This document shows, piece by piece, positions 42,040 through 53,106 of a stretch of 64,000 bases of DNA. Both the position numbers and the translations under genes were made by a program. Below the pieces are notes generated by a model, which saw only the letters and a program-made list of their open reading frames with translations, was not told where the DNA came from and did not search any database. This DNA is from Truepera sp. Its GTDB lineage: Bacteria > Deinococcota > Deinococci > Deinococcales > Trueperaceae. Position 1 is the stretch's first letter. Each line of letters starts with the position of its first letter. The stretch spans positions 1 to 64,000 of the forward strand of contig CBDCKW010000005.1 in assembly GCA_965218435.1 (NCBI GenBank), given 5' to 3'.

Positions 42040-42906
42040 TCAAGGAACCGACTTCTCTAAAAAGTCCCGAATAGCTTGGGTGATCTGCTCCTTTGCCTCT
42101 TCTTGGAGAAAATGACCCGCGTCAAGCTCTGACGTTTCGGGATTCTCGAACATCGTTTGCCAGCGAGTTAAGAAACTCGGGGGTACCAGCTTGTCTTTCA
42201 TCCCCCAAAGTAGCAGGGCCGGTTTATCTGCTATCGCCACTCGCTTGTCCCACAATGTCTCAAACCACCCGTTAGACTCAGCAATCGTAGCGACAAGTTC
42301 GTAGAGTGCTTTACGGCTTCGTGGCGTTGGAAACGGTTCCCGGTAGTGCTTGAGCAGTTCATCGGTCAGAACTGTTCGGTCCGCAAATCCCAGCCGTTGC
42401 AAGGGTACGTTGACCGAAAAGTTCAACCGGGTGTAGAGAAACCTACCCAACGGATTGCCAAGCACTTTCCCTGCTCTTTCGAGCGACGCGTTAGGCCACA
42501 GCCAAGTATTCATCACCACGAGTGCCCGAACGTTTTCAGGATGCTCGAGCGCGTAAGAGAGACCGATGGGGCCGCCGAAGTCGTGGACGACCAGCACAAT
42601 ATCTTTAAGCTCGAGCTTGTCAATAAGTCGCCCCAAATTCTCTGCGTGTGCTACTGGGGTATAAGCAAACGCTTCGGGTTTATCTGAAAGACCGAAACCG
42701 AGCTGATCCGGTGCAACGCAGCGATAACTATCAGCTAAGCCTCGGACGAGGTGGCGGTACAAAAATGACCAGCTCGGCGTACCGTGAACCATTACGATAG
42801 GTACACCTTCACCTTCGTCTAGGTAATGCATACGACCTGATTCAACCTCGAGGTAGTTTCCTGCAAAAGGATAGAATGCCGGGTTAAGCCATATAGGTCG
42901 GGTCAT
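42040..42906 (-). CDS. Haloalkane-dehalogenase-like alpha/beta hydrolase
   Basis: HGTPSWS, VHDFGG, AGHFLQE. Confidence 0.88.
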   Translation of the reverse strand: MTRPIWLNPAFYPFAGNYLEVESGRMHYLDEGEGVPIVMVHGTPSWSFLYRHLVRGLADSYRCVAPDQLGFGLSDKPEAFAYTPVAHAENLGRLIDKLELKDIVLVVHDFGGPIGLSYALEHPENVRALVVMNTWLWPNASLERAGKVLGNPLGRFLYTRLNFSVNVPLQRLGFADRTVLTDELLKHYREPFPTPRSRKALYELVATIAESNGWFETLWDKRVAIADKPALLLWGMKDKLVPPSFLTRWQTMFENPETSELDAGHFLQEEAKEQITQAIRDFLEKSVP

Positions 42907-43472
42907 GAGGAAACCTCCTGATATTTGCCGAGCAGCGCTCCTAGAACACGTTCAAACGGGTAGTCGGGCTCGAGCATCGCGTGCTGACAAATACCGTCGA
43001 TAGCGGCGAAAAGTAGGCGTGATTCCGTCTCGGGGTGAGCTACGTTTAAGTCTTGACATATCTGCTCTAACTGCTCGCGGATGCTCTTGATACCCGAATA
43101 GATAACAGAACCTAATGCTTGGACAGCTGACGGTTGAAAGCGCAAAGTATAAAAGAGCCGCCAGAAGTCACGATTCGCTTGCATGAGGTCGAACGTTTTA
43201 CGCAGTAGCAGTTCTAAACGCCCTACACCATCAACTGCTGCGTCAAGCTCGAGGGTAGAGCGCACGTCTTGCATACTTTTTTCAAATAGTGCCAACAAGA
43301 GGGCTTCTTTATTCTCGAAGTGAACATAGAGCAGCCCTTGAGAAACGCCTGCGCGTTGGGCAATCGCTTTAACACTGGTTCCAGCGTACCCGTACTCGGC
43401 AAAGAGTTCTAGAGCACTCTTCAAGAGCCGTTCTTGCCGAGTTAAATCTCCTTCTACATTTGCGATAGCCAT
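42903..43472 (-). CDS. TetR/AcrR regulator (leaderless)
   Basis: IAQRAGVSQGLLYVHF; upstream TATAAT and palindrome TGAATG..CATTCA. Confidence 0.92.
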   Translation of the reverse strand: MAIANVEGDLTRQERLLKSALELFAEYGYAGTSVKAIAQRAGVSQGLLYVHFENKEALLLALFEKSMQDVRSTLELDAAVDGVGRLELLLRKTFDLMQANRDFWRLFYTLRFQPSAVQALGSVIYSGIKSIREQLEQICQDLNVAHPETESRLLFAAIDGICQHAMLEPDYPFERVLGALLGKYQEVSS

Positions 43473-43619
43473 ACTCTTATTATAGTGAATGTTCGTTCAT
43501 TCATAAAATGATAAATGTCCTGAAGGAGTTTTAGGCCGTTATGCTATGATTGAGCTCAAGGAACGCAGTGGTGGCGGGACGATGAGCAAATGATGTCCAT
43601 CAAACTTAGGTGACTCAAG

Positions 43620-43738
43620 TATGTTGTTACCAAACTAATGTACGTAGTGCTGTCACCTAATCGCGATGACGCATATTTCACGCCTGCGGGCTGCTTAGCG
43701 TTAATGGCTGCAAATATTGTTTCGACGGCAGCCTCGAG
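43620..43738 (-). pseudogene. Fragment of small ABM-like protein
   Basis: LEAAVETIFAAINAKQPAGVKYAS. Confidence 0.4.
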
Positions 43739-45287
43739 CTGCTCCCGAGCAGGTAAAGATGTGGGTGCATTCGCCGCACGGTGACGGAGACGGGTACGCC
43801 CCACCGGTACGCGTCACCGGCGTGCCGGGAACGAGCTTACAGGTGGCATTACCCTCGGGCGTCGAGGCGGTTGTCGCGTTGCCCTTTCCCCATGAAGTAG
43901 CTCGCCTAACGCTCGGCGGCCAATTGCGGACGAGTCTGGCACTTACGCTCTATGAAGACGACAGCGACCTAGCTTATGCTGCTGAAACAGTTGAACGCGA
44001 AAAGGGGGCTGCTCCTGGTACGACCGGAGGCACAGCTGCCGACGACCGTGCGCTGCACCTCGCAGTCGTCGCGCTCGCTTGGAACCACTACCGCTACTTT
44101 TTTCCTTACTTTGATCAGATCGACACGGACTGGGACGCGTTACTTCCCGAGGCCATAACCCTTGCGGCACAAGACGATCCGGTCTCCTTTACGGCTACGT
44201 TCCGCTGGTTGAACGCCCAACTCCGTGACGCACACAGCTTTAGCTACCTCAAAGACGAACGGGCGCAACGCGACTTCCGTCCCCCATTCCGGTGGCGCAC
44301 GGTCGGGGCCAGTTGACGGTCGTTCATACCGACGAGGTGGGTTCCTTGACGGTCGGCGACGTCGTGACCAAAGTTGGCGGTCTGCCAAGCGGGGAGGTGC
44401 TCGAGCGTGAAATCGCGCTGCTCTCACAAACGGGCGACTTGGCTCAGCGCTACGCCGAAAACATCGTCCTCTCCGGCGCTGAGAACAGCCCCCTCGAGCT
44501 CGAAGTCGCGTCTGCTAACGGCGAAGTTCGGCCTATAGCCGTGCGGCGGAGCGTGGACCGGCGGGGGCGTAAGGGCGTGCCGACGGACAACCGCCCCGCC
44601 TCGCCCGTCGCGCGGCTTGGAGACGGCGTCGTCTACTTCGACTTCACCCGCTTGGACGACACCACCGATGTTTACACCGGGGAGGCGGCCATACACGATC
44701 TCGCGGCGCTCGTGACGCTGCTCGCGGGCGCGGAGGGCCTTGTCTTCGATATGCGGGGTTACCCCGGCTGGACCTTACCCATTGAACTGTTCGGTCATCT
44801 GACCGACAAACCGCTGCGGACCGCGCCCCTGTACATGCCCGTGGTAACCCGGCCAGATACCCCGGTGGCGCTTGTTGACGTGACCTATGAATGAGCGCAA
44901 CCCCAAGCACCCCGCTTTACCGATAAGGTAGTGTTCCTCATTGATAGTCTAGCTCTAAGCCGGGCCAAGCATATTCTTGCGATGGTCGAGGGCTACGGGC
45001 TCGGCGAACTGCTAGGTACGACGACAGCAGGTGCGAACGGCACTTACGCGGGCGTCACCTTTTACGGCCGTTACGCCTCGAGTTGGACGAGTCTTCAGGC
45101 GAACCGCTTTGGTGACAAGCAGCTTTTCGCTAAAGGCATTCCGCCGACGATCCCAGTCGAGCGTACCTTAGCAGGTGTCCGCGTAGGGCGTGACGAACAG
45201 CTCGAGCGGGCTTTTAATCACCTTTCGGGCAGGCCCGCCGCCGCTATGCGGGTTGAGGTTCTAGACTTGCCGGGGGCACCGGTTTGA
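43733..45287 (+). pseudogene. S41 family peptidase, N-truncated and frameshifted
   Basis: WNHY..FFPY..DWD, LVFDMRGYP, GTTTAGANG, GIPPTI. Confidence 0.8.
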
Positions 45288-45293
45288 CTACAG

Positions 45294-45326
45294 CCGACCC
45301 CTCTGTCAAAAGACGGGTCGCTTTTC
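45294..45326 (+). terminator. Probable intrinsic terminator
   Basis: CGACCC...GGGTCG followed by CTTTT. Confidence 0.45.
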
Positions 45327-45739
45327 TGTCTTTCAAACGCGCAACCAAAGTGTGTCCCTTTTCGGTGCGCCTAGGGTATCAAGTAACGATTGCTCGCTAA
45401 CGACTTTACCTCTTTATAACTGGTGTTGTGTAAGGGTTTAGCAAATACCGAAAAGAACCAGACAGCCGAGCTCGTCTATCTCCACCTCAAGTTCTGTAGT
45501 GAAGCCCAAGTGTTGGTCAGGCAGCTCGAGGTACTCTTAGCATCCCGCACCGGAACGCTACCGAGGCGTTGCAAAGGCTTGTCGAGTTAGGCCTGCTCGA
45601 AGTGCTCAAGCCTGCGGCGAACCGGGCAGGACGGTATCGGGTCAAGCAAGCTTAATAGAGAAGCTAAAGAATTCTACTCTAAATACTTGACTTGTCCCCT
45701 TCAATTGACCGACCCCCCAGAAACGCCTATCCTTAAAGT

Positions 45740-45970
45740 ATGACGCTACGCGAAGAGATACAAGCGCGGATAGCCAAACTCGACGACGCTGTGCTGCCTA
45801 ATGTTCTGCTGGACTTAGAGGCTATCGAAGCGCGGCAAAACCGTAAGTTCTCGCAGGCGTTCAGCGACCTGATGAACCGCGAGCCGCAAGCCGATGACCT
45901 AAGCGGTGACGAAGCGATGGCGCTGGCAACCGAGGCGGTAAAGGCCCACAGGATAGAACACCGCCGTTAA
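45740..45970 (+). CDS. Putative antitoxin (leaderless)
   Basis: Small gene coupled (TAATG) to PIN gene; TTGACC..TATCCT-6nt-ATG. Confidence 0.6.
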   Translation: MTLREEIQARIAKLDDAVLPNVLLDLEAIEARQNRKFSQAFSDLMNREPQADDLSGDEAMALATEAVKAHRIEHRR

Positions 45971-46380
45971 TGCGGATTGTCCTTGACACCAACGTTCTCA
46001 TCTCAGCGCTGCTTACCCCGCAAGGTCTGGCTTTTCAAGCTGTCAAACTCTGGCAGCAAAACCGTGATGACCCGGTAACCTCGATCTAGCAGATCAACGA
46101 ACTTCGGGGTGTAACTAGGCGCGAGCATGTAAAAAAGCACCTCCGCTCCGGCGCTGCTGGAACGCTCGTCGAAGCGTTACGGAGTAAGGCGTTCGTGATC
46201 GAATGTTTGCCGCGGGTAGACGATTCACCCGACCCCGACGACAACAACGTCCTAGCAACAGCGATTGCCGGGGGCGCGCATTATCTGGTGACAGGCGATA
46301 AGACCGACCTACAAACCTTGGAGAAGGTGCAAAGCGTCCGCATCCTCACCGTGCGTGAATTTATGGAGATCATGGGCTAG
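45970..46380 (+). pseudogene. PIN-domain toxin with in-frame TAG at 46088
   Basis: MRIVLDTNVLISA, DPDDNNVLA.A, LVTGDK.DL. Confidence 0.88.
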
Positions 46381-46484
46381 CTGATAACTTAGACGAGCTG
46401 CTGCCCAGATTCCTTGAGAAATAATCGTTTTTCCGTCCTGCTGCTGATATGTAATGCTAGAGCGATAATGACACAGGGAGAGAC

Positions 46485-47052
46485 GTGGCCGCACCCGACA
46501 AGGTTTTAGAGCTGATCGAACGCTTTGACTACAACCTCAGCTCGTACCGCTCCGGCAAATACAACGAAACGCAGGTCAGACGCGAGTTTATCGATCCGTT
46601 TTTTGAAGCAATGGGCTGGGATGTCGGCAACCGTCAGGGCTACGCCGAAGCCTACAAAGACGTGATTCACGAAGATGCGATCAAAATCTGCGGGCAGACC
46701 AAAGCGCCGGACTACTCGTTTCGTATCGGCGGCACCCGTAAGTTTTTCCTCGAGGCCAAAAAGCCGTCGGTAAACATTAAAGACGACCTGCCGCTGGCCT
46801 TCCAAATATGCCGCTACGCTTGGAGCGCCAAGCTACCCCTTTAGATCCTCACCGATTTTGAAGAGCTGGCCGTCTACGACTGCCGTATCCAGCCGAACCA
46901 GACGGACAAGGCAGCGACGGCGCGGGTGCAGTACATGACCTTTCGCGATTACGCCGAGCGCTGGGACGAGCTGGCCGGGGTGTTTTCCCGTGAAGTCATC
47001 CTTAAAGGCTCATTCGACAAATACGCTGCTGATACGAAAAAAAGGCACCGCC
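46485..47052 (+). pseudogene. N-terminal endonuclease region of type IIG/type I-like restriction enzyme; TAG at 46842, truncated
   Basis: ETQVRREFIDPFF, PDYSF, LEAKKP, Q..RYAW, LTDFEEL. Confidence 0.85.
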
Positions 47053-47260
47053 AAAAGCGCTAGCTACGAAGCGACAACTTACTTACTTAGACAGGGACAC
47101 AGCCGCGTCGGTTTTATAGGTCATACCCTTGAGCCTACTAACTACCCTAGGTACCGCGGGTTCTTAAGCGCATACGATGGATACGGCCTTGAGCCTGATG
47201 TAGCACTGCTTTCTGCCGGGGCGACAGACTACGAAAGCGGATTTCAAGCAACTGCGCAGC
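47053..47260 (+). pseudogene. LacI-family sensor-domain fragment
   Basis: YEATTYLLRQGHSRVGFIG..RYRGF. Confidence 0.65.
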
Positions 47261-47582
47261 TGCTTGTGGACTCGGCACTGCCGCTGCAGAAAGGCAAAAG
47301 ACCTGTTTTCTTAAGGCAACGGGCTCGAGCTGGCTTACCGTCTCGAAGGTGCAAAAACCGTTTAGCAAGAGGTGTGCCAACCCCCGCTTGACCCGATAAT
47401 CGGTATTGGTGCCTTCAAAAACTGAAAGCTCCTCGTCTAACTCGAAACGTTTTTCGCCTAGGTAGAGACCGAAAATACTGATAATCTCAGTTGCCAGCGT
47501 CAAGGTCTTTTTATCCAGCCAACCGTAGGGGCGTCAGCTCTTCGCCGGTATAGCGGTGCACGAGTAGTTCGGAGGTCAGCAC
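47250..47582 (-). pseudogene. DUF790 family N-terminal fragment
   Basis: MLTSELLVHRY.GEE / DYRVKRGLAHLL, LEPVALR. Confidence 0.7.
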
Positions 47583-47684
47583 GCGGCTTAACGATAATAA
47601 GCCTCGCCATAGTCTCTACAGTTCAACCCTTGGCAAGAAGCCTGTGTGGGGAGGTATGCCGAGCATAGTAGCAACCGGTGGTCT

Positions 47685-48581
47685 TCACGACTCTACTCTT
47701 GCTAAAAAGTCAGCCAGCACCGCCATGTACCTTTCGGGCTCCTCAGCGTGCGCCATATGAGCACTGTTTTCAAAAACGACCCAGGTCGAGTCTTTAATGC
47801 CTTGATGAACCGTTTCACCGATTAAAGGCGTGGCCTCATCGTAACGACCCGTGGTGATCAGGGAAGGCGTACTGATTTCACTCAAACGCGCTGTGACGTC
47901 CCAATTTTTGATTACACCTACTACATGAAACTCGCTGGGGCCGTTCATCGTGTGGTACACCTGGGGCCACTCGGCTAGTTTGGCAAAGCTGCGCTGCACG
48001 TAACCTGGGTTTGGCACCACGCGGCAGACGTAGCGGTCGTAAAAGACTTGCATCGCCTGCTGATACGCTTCGCTTTCGGTCGTGCCTGCTTCTTCGTGTT
48101 GGGTAAGCGATTCCTGTACCTCTTCTGGTAACTCAGCGCGTAACCGGTTGGCCTCTGCTAGCCACATAGGGATACTCGAGGGCGAGCTGGCAACCGTGAT
48201 ACTGGCAACGCCCTTGGGCTGCGTCAGCATGTACTGCATCGTCAGCATCCCACCCCACGATTGGCCTAGCAGATGAATCTTCTCTAAACCTAGAGCTTTA
48301 CGGACTACGTCAACTTCTTCGACAAACAGATCAACAGTCCATAGCGATGGTTCGTCAACGTGGGTCGAATTGCCGCAGCCAAGCTGATCGTAAAAAATTA
48401 CCTGGCGTCCGGTCGCGGCTAAGGCCTCTAACGACTCGAGATAGTCGTGCGGGACGCCGGGGCCGCCGTGTAAGCAGAGGAGCGGCAATTTCTTCTCGTC
48501 TGTTCTCTCACCGACGATTTTGTACCAGGTCTTAAAACCGCGAAACTCGACGGTGCCTTCTTTTTCCGTATAGGTGCTCAT
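47685..48581 (-). CDS. Proline iminopeptidase-family hydrolase
   Basis: LHGGPG, YDQLGCG, GQSWGG, MNGPSEF, SAH. Confidence 0.92.
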   Translation of the reverse strand: MSTYTEKEGTVEFRGFKTWYKIVGERTDEKKLPLLCLHGGPGVPHDYLESLEALAATGRQVIFYDQLGCGNSTHVDEPSLWTVDLFVEEVDVVRKALGLEKIHLLGQSWGGMLTMQYMLTQPKGVASITVASSPSSIPMWLAEANRLRAELPEEVQESLTQHEEAGTTESEAYQQAMQVFYDRYVCRVVPNPGYVQRSFAKLAEWPQVYHTMNGPSEFHVVGVIKNWDVTARLSEISTPSLITTGRYDEATPLIGETVHQGIKDSTWVVFENSAHMAHAEEPERYMAVLADFLARVES

Positions 48582-48590
48582 GACGTCTCC

Positions 48591-49020
48591 TTATTTTTGT
48601 TTGGGATCGAACTGGGCGCGTAGCCCGTCACTAAACCAGTTGACGGCGATCACAGTAATCATAATCGCGAGTCCGGCGAACACGGCTACGTAGGGCGTCA
48701 GGAGTAGGTAAGCCCGGCCGTCAGCGAGCATCGAACCCCAGTCGGGATCGGGCGGTTGAATACCAAGCCCTAAAAAAGACAAGGCGGCGATATCTAAAAT
48801 GGCAAACGCAATATCGTTACTACCCTGCACCAAGATAGGCGACGCGATATTGGGCAGCAGGTGGCGGTACAAGATACGCCCGTCGCCCATGCCGCTACTC
48901 CTCGCTGCTTCGACGTAGTTCAGGTTGCTCTGCACCAGCGTTGCGCCGCGAACAACCCGTACAATCGCAGGAATGTAAACAATGCCTAAGGCGAGCACTG
49001 TGTTGCTCAGCCCACGGCTC
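48591..49020 (-). pseudogene. Peptide ABC permease (DppC-like), N-truncated
   Basis: YVEAARSSG..HLLPN, LSFLGLG.QPP.PDWG. Confidence 0.85.
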
Positions 49021-49766
49021 GGCTCAGCGACAAGGTAATCCCTGAAAGCGCATTGCGTCACGAAACGGGCCGCCGCTGGAAGCCCTGGCTACACCTCAAC
49101 TGTAATGGGTATCCCGCTTATGAGTGGGTCCGTGCCAACAGCGGCTATATCCCCAGAGGATTCGAGGCGTGGAGTTTGCCTTTTAGGTACTTCACCATCT
49201 TTAGCAGCACGTCGCCAGATGCGGCACTCCTCGAGCACCTTAAAGGGGCCGTCAGCACTGCACTTGGGCAACGCGCTCACCTCCAACAAACAACGCAAGT
49301 TCAGATCCAAAGAGCACTGCAGCACATGGAGAGCAGTACCTTCCCGCTCGCGCTCGCGCAAGGGTTTCCCTTTTTGCTAAGCCACGAGCAACCTCCTGAT
49401 CAAGCTGCCGAACAAAATTTTGCTCTTAGGCTCACGGTGATTACCGAAGTGCCCGACGAAACCGTGGCTGGTCCGTTGTGGCGTGATTGTGTCGAAGCGC
49501 AGCAGATCATCGTCGAAGCGGCTCTACAAACGTGTTTGAAGGTGGAGGCCGCAGCTTTACATCGCCACAAAACGTAAGAGCACAGGGTTATACGGCTGGT
49601 CGTCAATCAGGTAGAGAAGCTATCACGTTTCTATGCTCGAGCTTAAGAGAACGCTTGGGCTTTCATTATGATCAGTCCAGGACCAACGCATGTAGATTTC
49701 TTTCAAGAGCTACCCGTGCTTTCAACATAACTTTTGAAGGTAGCCTTTCTTGAATCTCTTGGGGTC

Positions 49767-49975
49767 TGAGTCTACGCCGCAAGCGGCGTAGACTCACAAG
49801 GTGAGCAAGTATATCCACAAGAGCCACAACGTAGATATTCTGATGTACCACATAGTTTTTCCGGCGAAGTACCGTCGCGCGGTGATAGACGATGAAGTTG
49901 ACAACGTGCTCAAAGAAGTCTGCATGGAGATTGAGAAGCGTTACGAGATCATATTTTTAGAGATAGGCACAGACA
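49767..49975 (+). mobile_element. tnpA: IS200/IS605 left end with truncated tnpA
   Basis: Perfect hairpin TGAGTCTACGCCGC-AA-GCGGCGTAGACTCA; MSKYIHKSHNV..YHIVFPAKYRR cut before the HUH motif. Confidence 0.88.
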
Positions 49976-50879
49976 ACCTCGACTGCTAGGGGGTAGCTCT
50001 ATAGGGAGAAAAAAGCGAAGATAGCGCGATTTGGACATCGCGCTATCTTCTAGAGCAGCATACCGTCAGCGAGTTGTTCACGGTCGTATACGTGCTGGTC
50101 GATGATTACCTCAGAGCCGGGGTGCAGCAAGGCAGATTTGTGCTGCCCGAGTCCAAGCAGCAAAAGGGTAGCTACGCAGAACTGATGAGCATTGCCTTGG
50201 TGGGCGATCTGCTTAACCAGGCCGATGTGGGGCTGTGGTTCAACCTAGTCAAGAGCGAGTACAAGGGCTTGTTCCCGGTGTTGCCCGACGATACGCGCTA
50301 CTACCGGGTACTCAAGAAGCTAGAACGCCTCTGGGCCGAGCTAGCCCTGGTGCTCACCGCGCAGCACGCTACATGGGCTTACAGTATCGACTCCAAACCG
50401 CTGCCGGTGTGTAAGTTCAAGCGTCACCGACGGCCTCGGGCCATGACCGAAGCGACCGTAGGCTTCTCGACCCAAGGTGCCGTATACGGCTTCAAACTTC
50501 ACGCCCTCACGACCTCGCAAGGGCTCATTGTCAAGTTCGCCAGCGCCCCGGCACACGAAGCCGCTGTCACCGTTGCTAGAGCCTTGCTCGGTGAAGCCGA
50601 ACGGGGTGCAAGCTTAAGCGACAAAGCCTATCTCGGTTGTGGCGTCTACACCCCTCCCAAGGCCAACGCGCTCACGCCCGGCGTCTGGACCCAGCTCATG
50701 GATGCGTCTCGAAAAACCATCGAAAGCGTCTTTTCCTCGCTCTCCCGCACCAAACATCTTGTCCTTGGTCAGCGCAACTCGTTTCATTCGCTCCGGGCAC
50801 ACGTCTGTCGCAAGATAGCAGCGCATAACTTCGCCCTTATCTTCGCTTCCTAGACCCCTTATCCCCTAGCAGTCGAGGT
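49976..50879 (+). mobile_element. IS982-family insertion sequence
   Basis: 17-bp perfect IRs ACCTCGACTGCTAGGGG / CCCCTAGCAGTCGAGGT. Confidence 0.88.
50074..50853 (+). CDS. IS982-family DDE transposase
   Basis: IDSKPLP, YGFKLH, DKAY, RKTIESVFS. Confidence 0.9.
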   Translation: MFTVVYVLVDDYLRAGVQQGRFVLPESKQQKGSYAELMSIALVGDLLNQADVGLWFNLVKSEYKGLFPVLPDDTRYYRVLKKLERLWAELALVLTAQHATWAYSIDSKPLPVCKFKRHRRPRAMTEATVGFSTQGAVYGFKLHALTTSQGLIVKFASAPAHEAAVTVARALLGEAERGASLSDKAYLGCGVYTPPKANALTPGVWTQLMDASRKTIESVFSSLSRTKHLVLGQRNSFHSLRAHVCRKIAAHNFALIFAS

Positions 50880-51033
50880 AGGTTATGAATTGTGCGTTGC
50901 CGCCCCCCAATTCGTAGTTGGTAAAGCCTAAGTAGATACCTTGTACCAAAGGAAGTACCGAAAAAGCGACAATAGGAATAAACGCTGGTAAAAGCAACCA
51001 GAGCGGAATGCCCAACCCTTTAGACCGAAACAT
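50880..51033 (-). pseudogene. Sugar ABC permease N-terminus truncated by IS982
   Basis: LLLPAF..PLVQGIYLGFTNY. Confidence 0.75.
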
Positions 51034-52105
51034 AGCCCGTCTCTTGTGTTGCACCAGCGATATATCCTGTAGACGACTCGCGGATAACTAAGCGGGGCGT
51101 GATCACAATTTTCCGAGGCTCGAGGTCGGGTTCACCGAGCCGTTCTAAAAGCAGTTCGGCTGCGAGTCTGCCGCGCTCTCCGGCGAGCAGCGATACAGAA
51201 CTCAACGTGGGATTGCTGACCCTAGTCAGATCGATATTATCCATACCTACGACTGCGATTTCTTGCGGTATCGTCTTGCCCAATTCTTGGAGTTTCCGAA
51301 GCGCACCAAGCGCGATAAGGTCGTTTGCACAGAAGAAAGCGTCGATGCTGGGTGCCCGGTCAAGTAACGTAGCCGCGGCGTCGTAACCACCTTGCACCGT
51401 AAACGCTGTGTCCATCACCAGGGTACTGTCGAAATTTAGGTGCTGCCTCTCGAATTCGGCTTGATAGCCGCGAAGCCGAGCTTCCGCAGGAACGGTATGG
51501 GCGTCGCCGTTAATAAACGCGATTTGTCGCCGCCCCGTTTCAACGAGGTGAGCGAGGGCTAGGGCTGCCCCAGCAGCTGAATCTACGCGAACGCTGTCGA
51601 CGGGTACGGCCTCCGGGATGCTGCCAATCACACATACCCGCTGCCGCGCGGCTTCGACCTGTTTGAGAAACGTACTCGTTACTTTGAGCGAGCAGATAAT
51701 CAGTCCGTCAACGTAGCGGCGCTCGAGATTTTTGACGGCGAGCTGCTCCTCAAGCGAACTGCTTTCGGTGCTTACGACGCTCATGCGGTAGCTGCGTCCC
51801 CGGGCAACTTGTTGCACGGTCTTTGCCATTGCTACATAGACCGGGTTGGCAATATCGGGAATGACAAGCTCGATCTGGTCGGTCTTATTGCGTTTCAAGC
51901 TTTGCGCCGCATGGTTGGGTACATAACCCAACGCCTTGACAGCGTCTTGAACCCGCTTGCGCAACTCAGGAGCGCAGTTGGGTGCGCCATTAAGCACTCT
52001 GGAAACAGACCCGACGGAGACGTCTGCTCGTTTGGCAACATCTGCGATCGTGACCCTCACCTGTCTTCGGTTCACTTGACGCTCCTCTCCGTGACACCAG
52101 CTCAT
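51020..52105 (-). CDS. LacI-family regulator
   Basis: TIADVAKRADVSVGSVSRVLN, YVPN..A, CAND..ALG. Confidence 0.95.
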   Translation of the reverse strand: MSWCHGEERQVNRRQVRVTIADVAKRADVSVGSVSRVLNGAPNCAPELRKRVQDAVKALGYVPNHAAQSLKRNKTDQIELVIPDIANPVYVAMAKTVQQVARGRSYRMSVVSTESSSLEEQLAVKNLERRYVDGLIICSLKVTSTFLKQVEAARQRVCVIGSIPEAVPVDSVRVDSAAGAALALAHLVETGRRQIAFINGDAHTVPAEARLRGYQAEFERQHLNFDSTLVMDTAFTVQGGYDAAATLLDRAPSIDAFFCANDLIALGALRKLQELGKTIPQEIAVVGMDNIDLTRVSNPTLSSVSLLAGERGRLAAELLLERLGEPDLEPRKIVITPRLVIRESSTGYIAGATQETGYVSV

Positions 52106-52137
52106 GAAGCCTATAACTTATTTTTGATTCATCAATC

Positions 52138-52262
52138 ATAAAACGTTTCATCAAACAATGTTAATCTATTTTACAGTTATATATCGACAAGGAAAGCAAG
52201 TGACGCTGTTCTCAGCAGTCAGACGGAACAGCGGCATAGGTTTATTAATGAAACGATTCACC
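52138..52262. promoter_or_regulatory. Two LacI-type operators
   Basis: ATAAAACGTTTCAT and ATGAAACGATTCAC. Confidence 0.55.
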
Positions 52263-52435
52263 TCAAAAAGATTGTTTATAGACGCTACTCATCGGGCCCC
52301 TCTACCACAGCCTGAACCCTTGCGGTTGCGGCGGCACCTTTTAGTAAAGGTGCCTGTTTGAAGCGCAATGTGCGGAAAAAGTAGGGTGTAGCCCGGTTGG
52401 TCACCGATACCAGTGAGCCGAATAAGTCCTTAATC

Positions 52436-52676
52436 TTGGCGAGAACGAAAAGAATACACCTTGGTTCACCTCGAGACTGCACCACTAAACGTCAAATTCA
52501 TTGCCGCTGCCGACAAATTGCACAAGGTCCAGAATATTGCACTCGATCTCGATACGTTAGGTGACGCGGTATGCAGGCGCTTTAACGCTACGAAAGAAGA
52601 TCAAGCTTGGTACTACCGTGGCGTCTTGAACGTACTCACCACACGTGGCGAGACGCATCCTTGTCCGACCTTTTGA
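52436..52676 (+). pseudogene. HD-domain (Mesh1/SpoT-like hydrolase) C-terminal fragment
   Basis: WRERK..AADKLH..RFN..QAWYY. Confidence 0.7.
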
Positions 52677-52784
52677 GCAATACGGTAGAGCAAGTCTTCC
52701 GCTAAAATATATCACCGGTTCCATTTTGCATTTCTCAACTTCGTGTCTACGTACGGGAGGTTGCAAGCTGTAAAGGGTAGTGGA

Positions 52785-52990
52785 TTCAAGCTCCGATATT
52801 CAATCGCTCTCTCGCCTGCTCCAACATGTCACGCGCGATACGGTTGGGGCTGTAGCCCCCAGTCATATGGACAAAGGGTATTTCCCCGCGCTTTACACGT
52901 CTGCGCCAACTCTTGGTGAGTATGGTTCGACCAGCGAACGAGCAGTAAAACGACGGCCACCTCGTCGGTAACTTCTAGTTCAAGTAAGCT
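52785..52990 (-). pseudogene. DUF2325-like fragment
   Basis: VLLLVRWSNH..C..G / IPFVHMTGGYSPN. Confidence 0.35.
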
Positions 52991-53106
52991 CAAATTGGTA
53001 TGCGGCGCAGTTTCTAGCTACCTAATCTGGCAGGCAAAAGCCGTCCCGAGCCGTCGTTTAAGCCAGCTCAACAGCTGCGCTGGTGGTCTCGAGCCTGGCG
53101 GTAGGC

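Noticed and set aside
49053..49577. 174-aa ORF as an intact gene
   Set aside because: No clear RBS or recognisable family and it begins at a junction; probably a fragment, but this cannot be assigned
49801..49989. IS605/TnpB RNA-guided element
   Set aside because: Only truncated tnpA is present; no tnpB or right end
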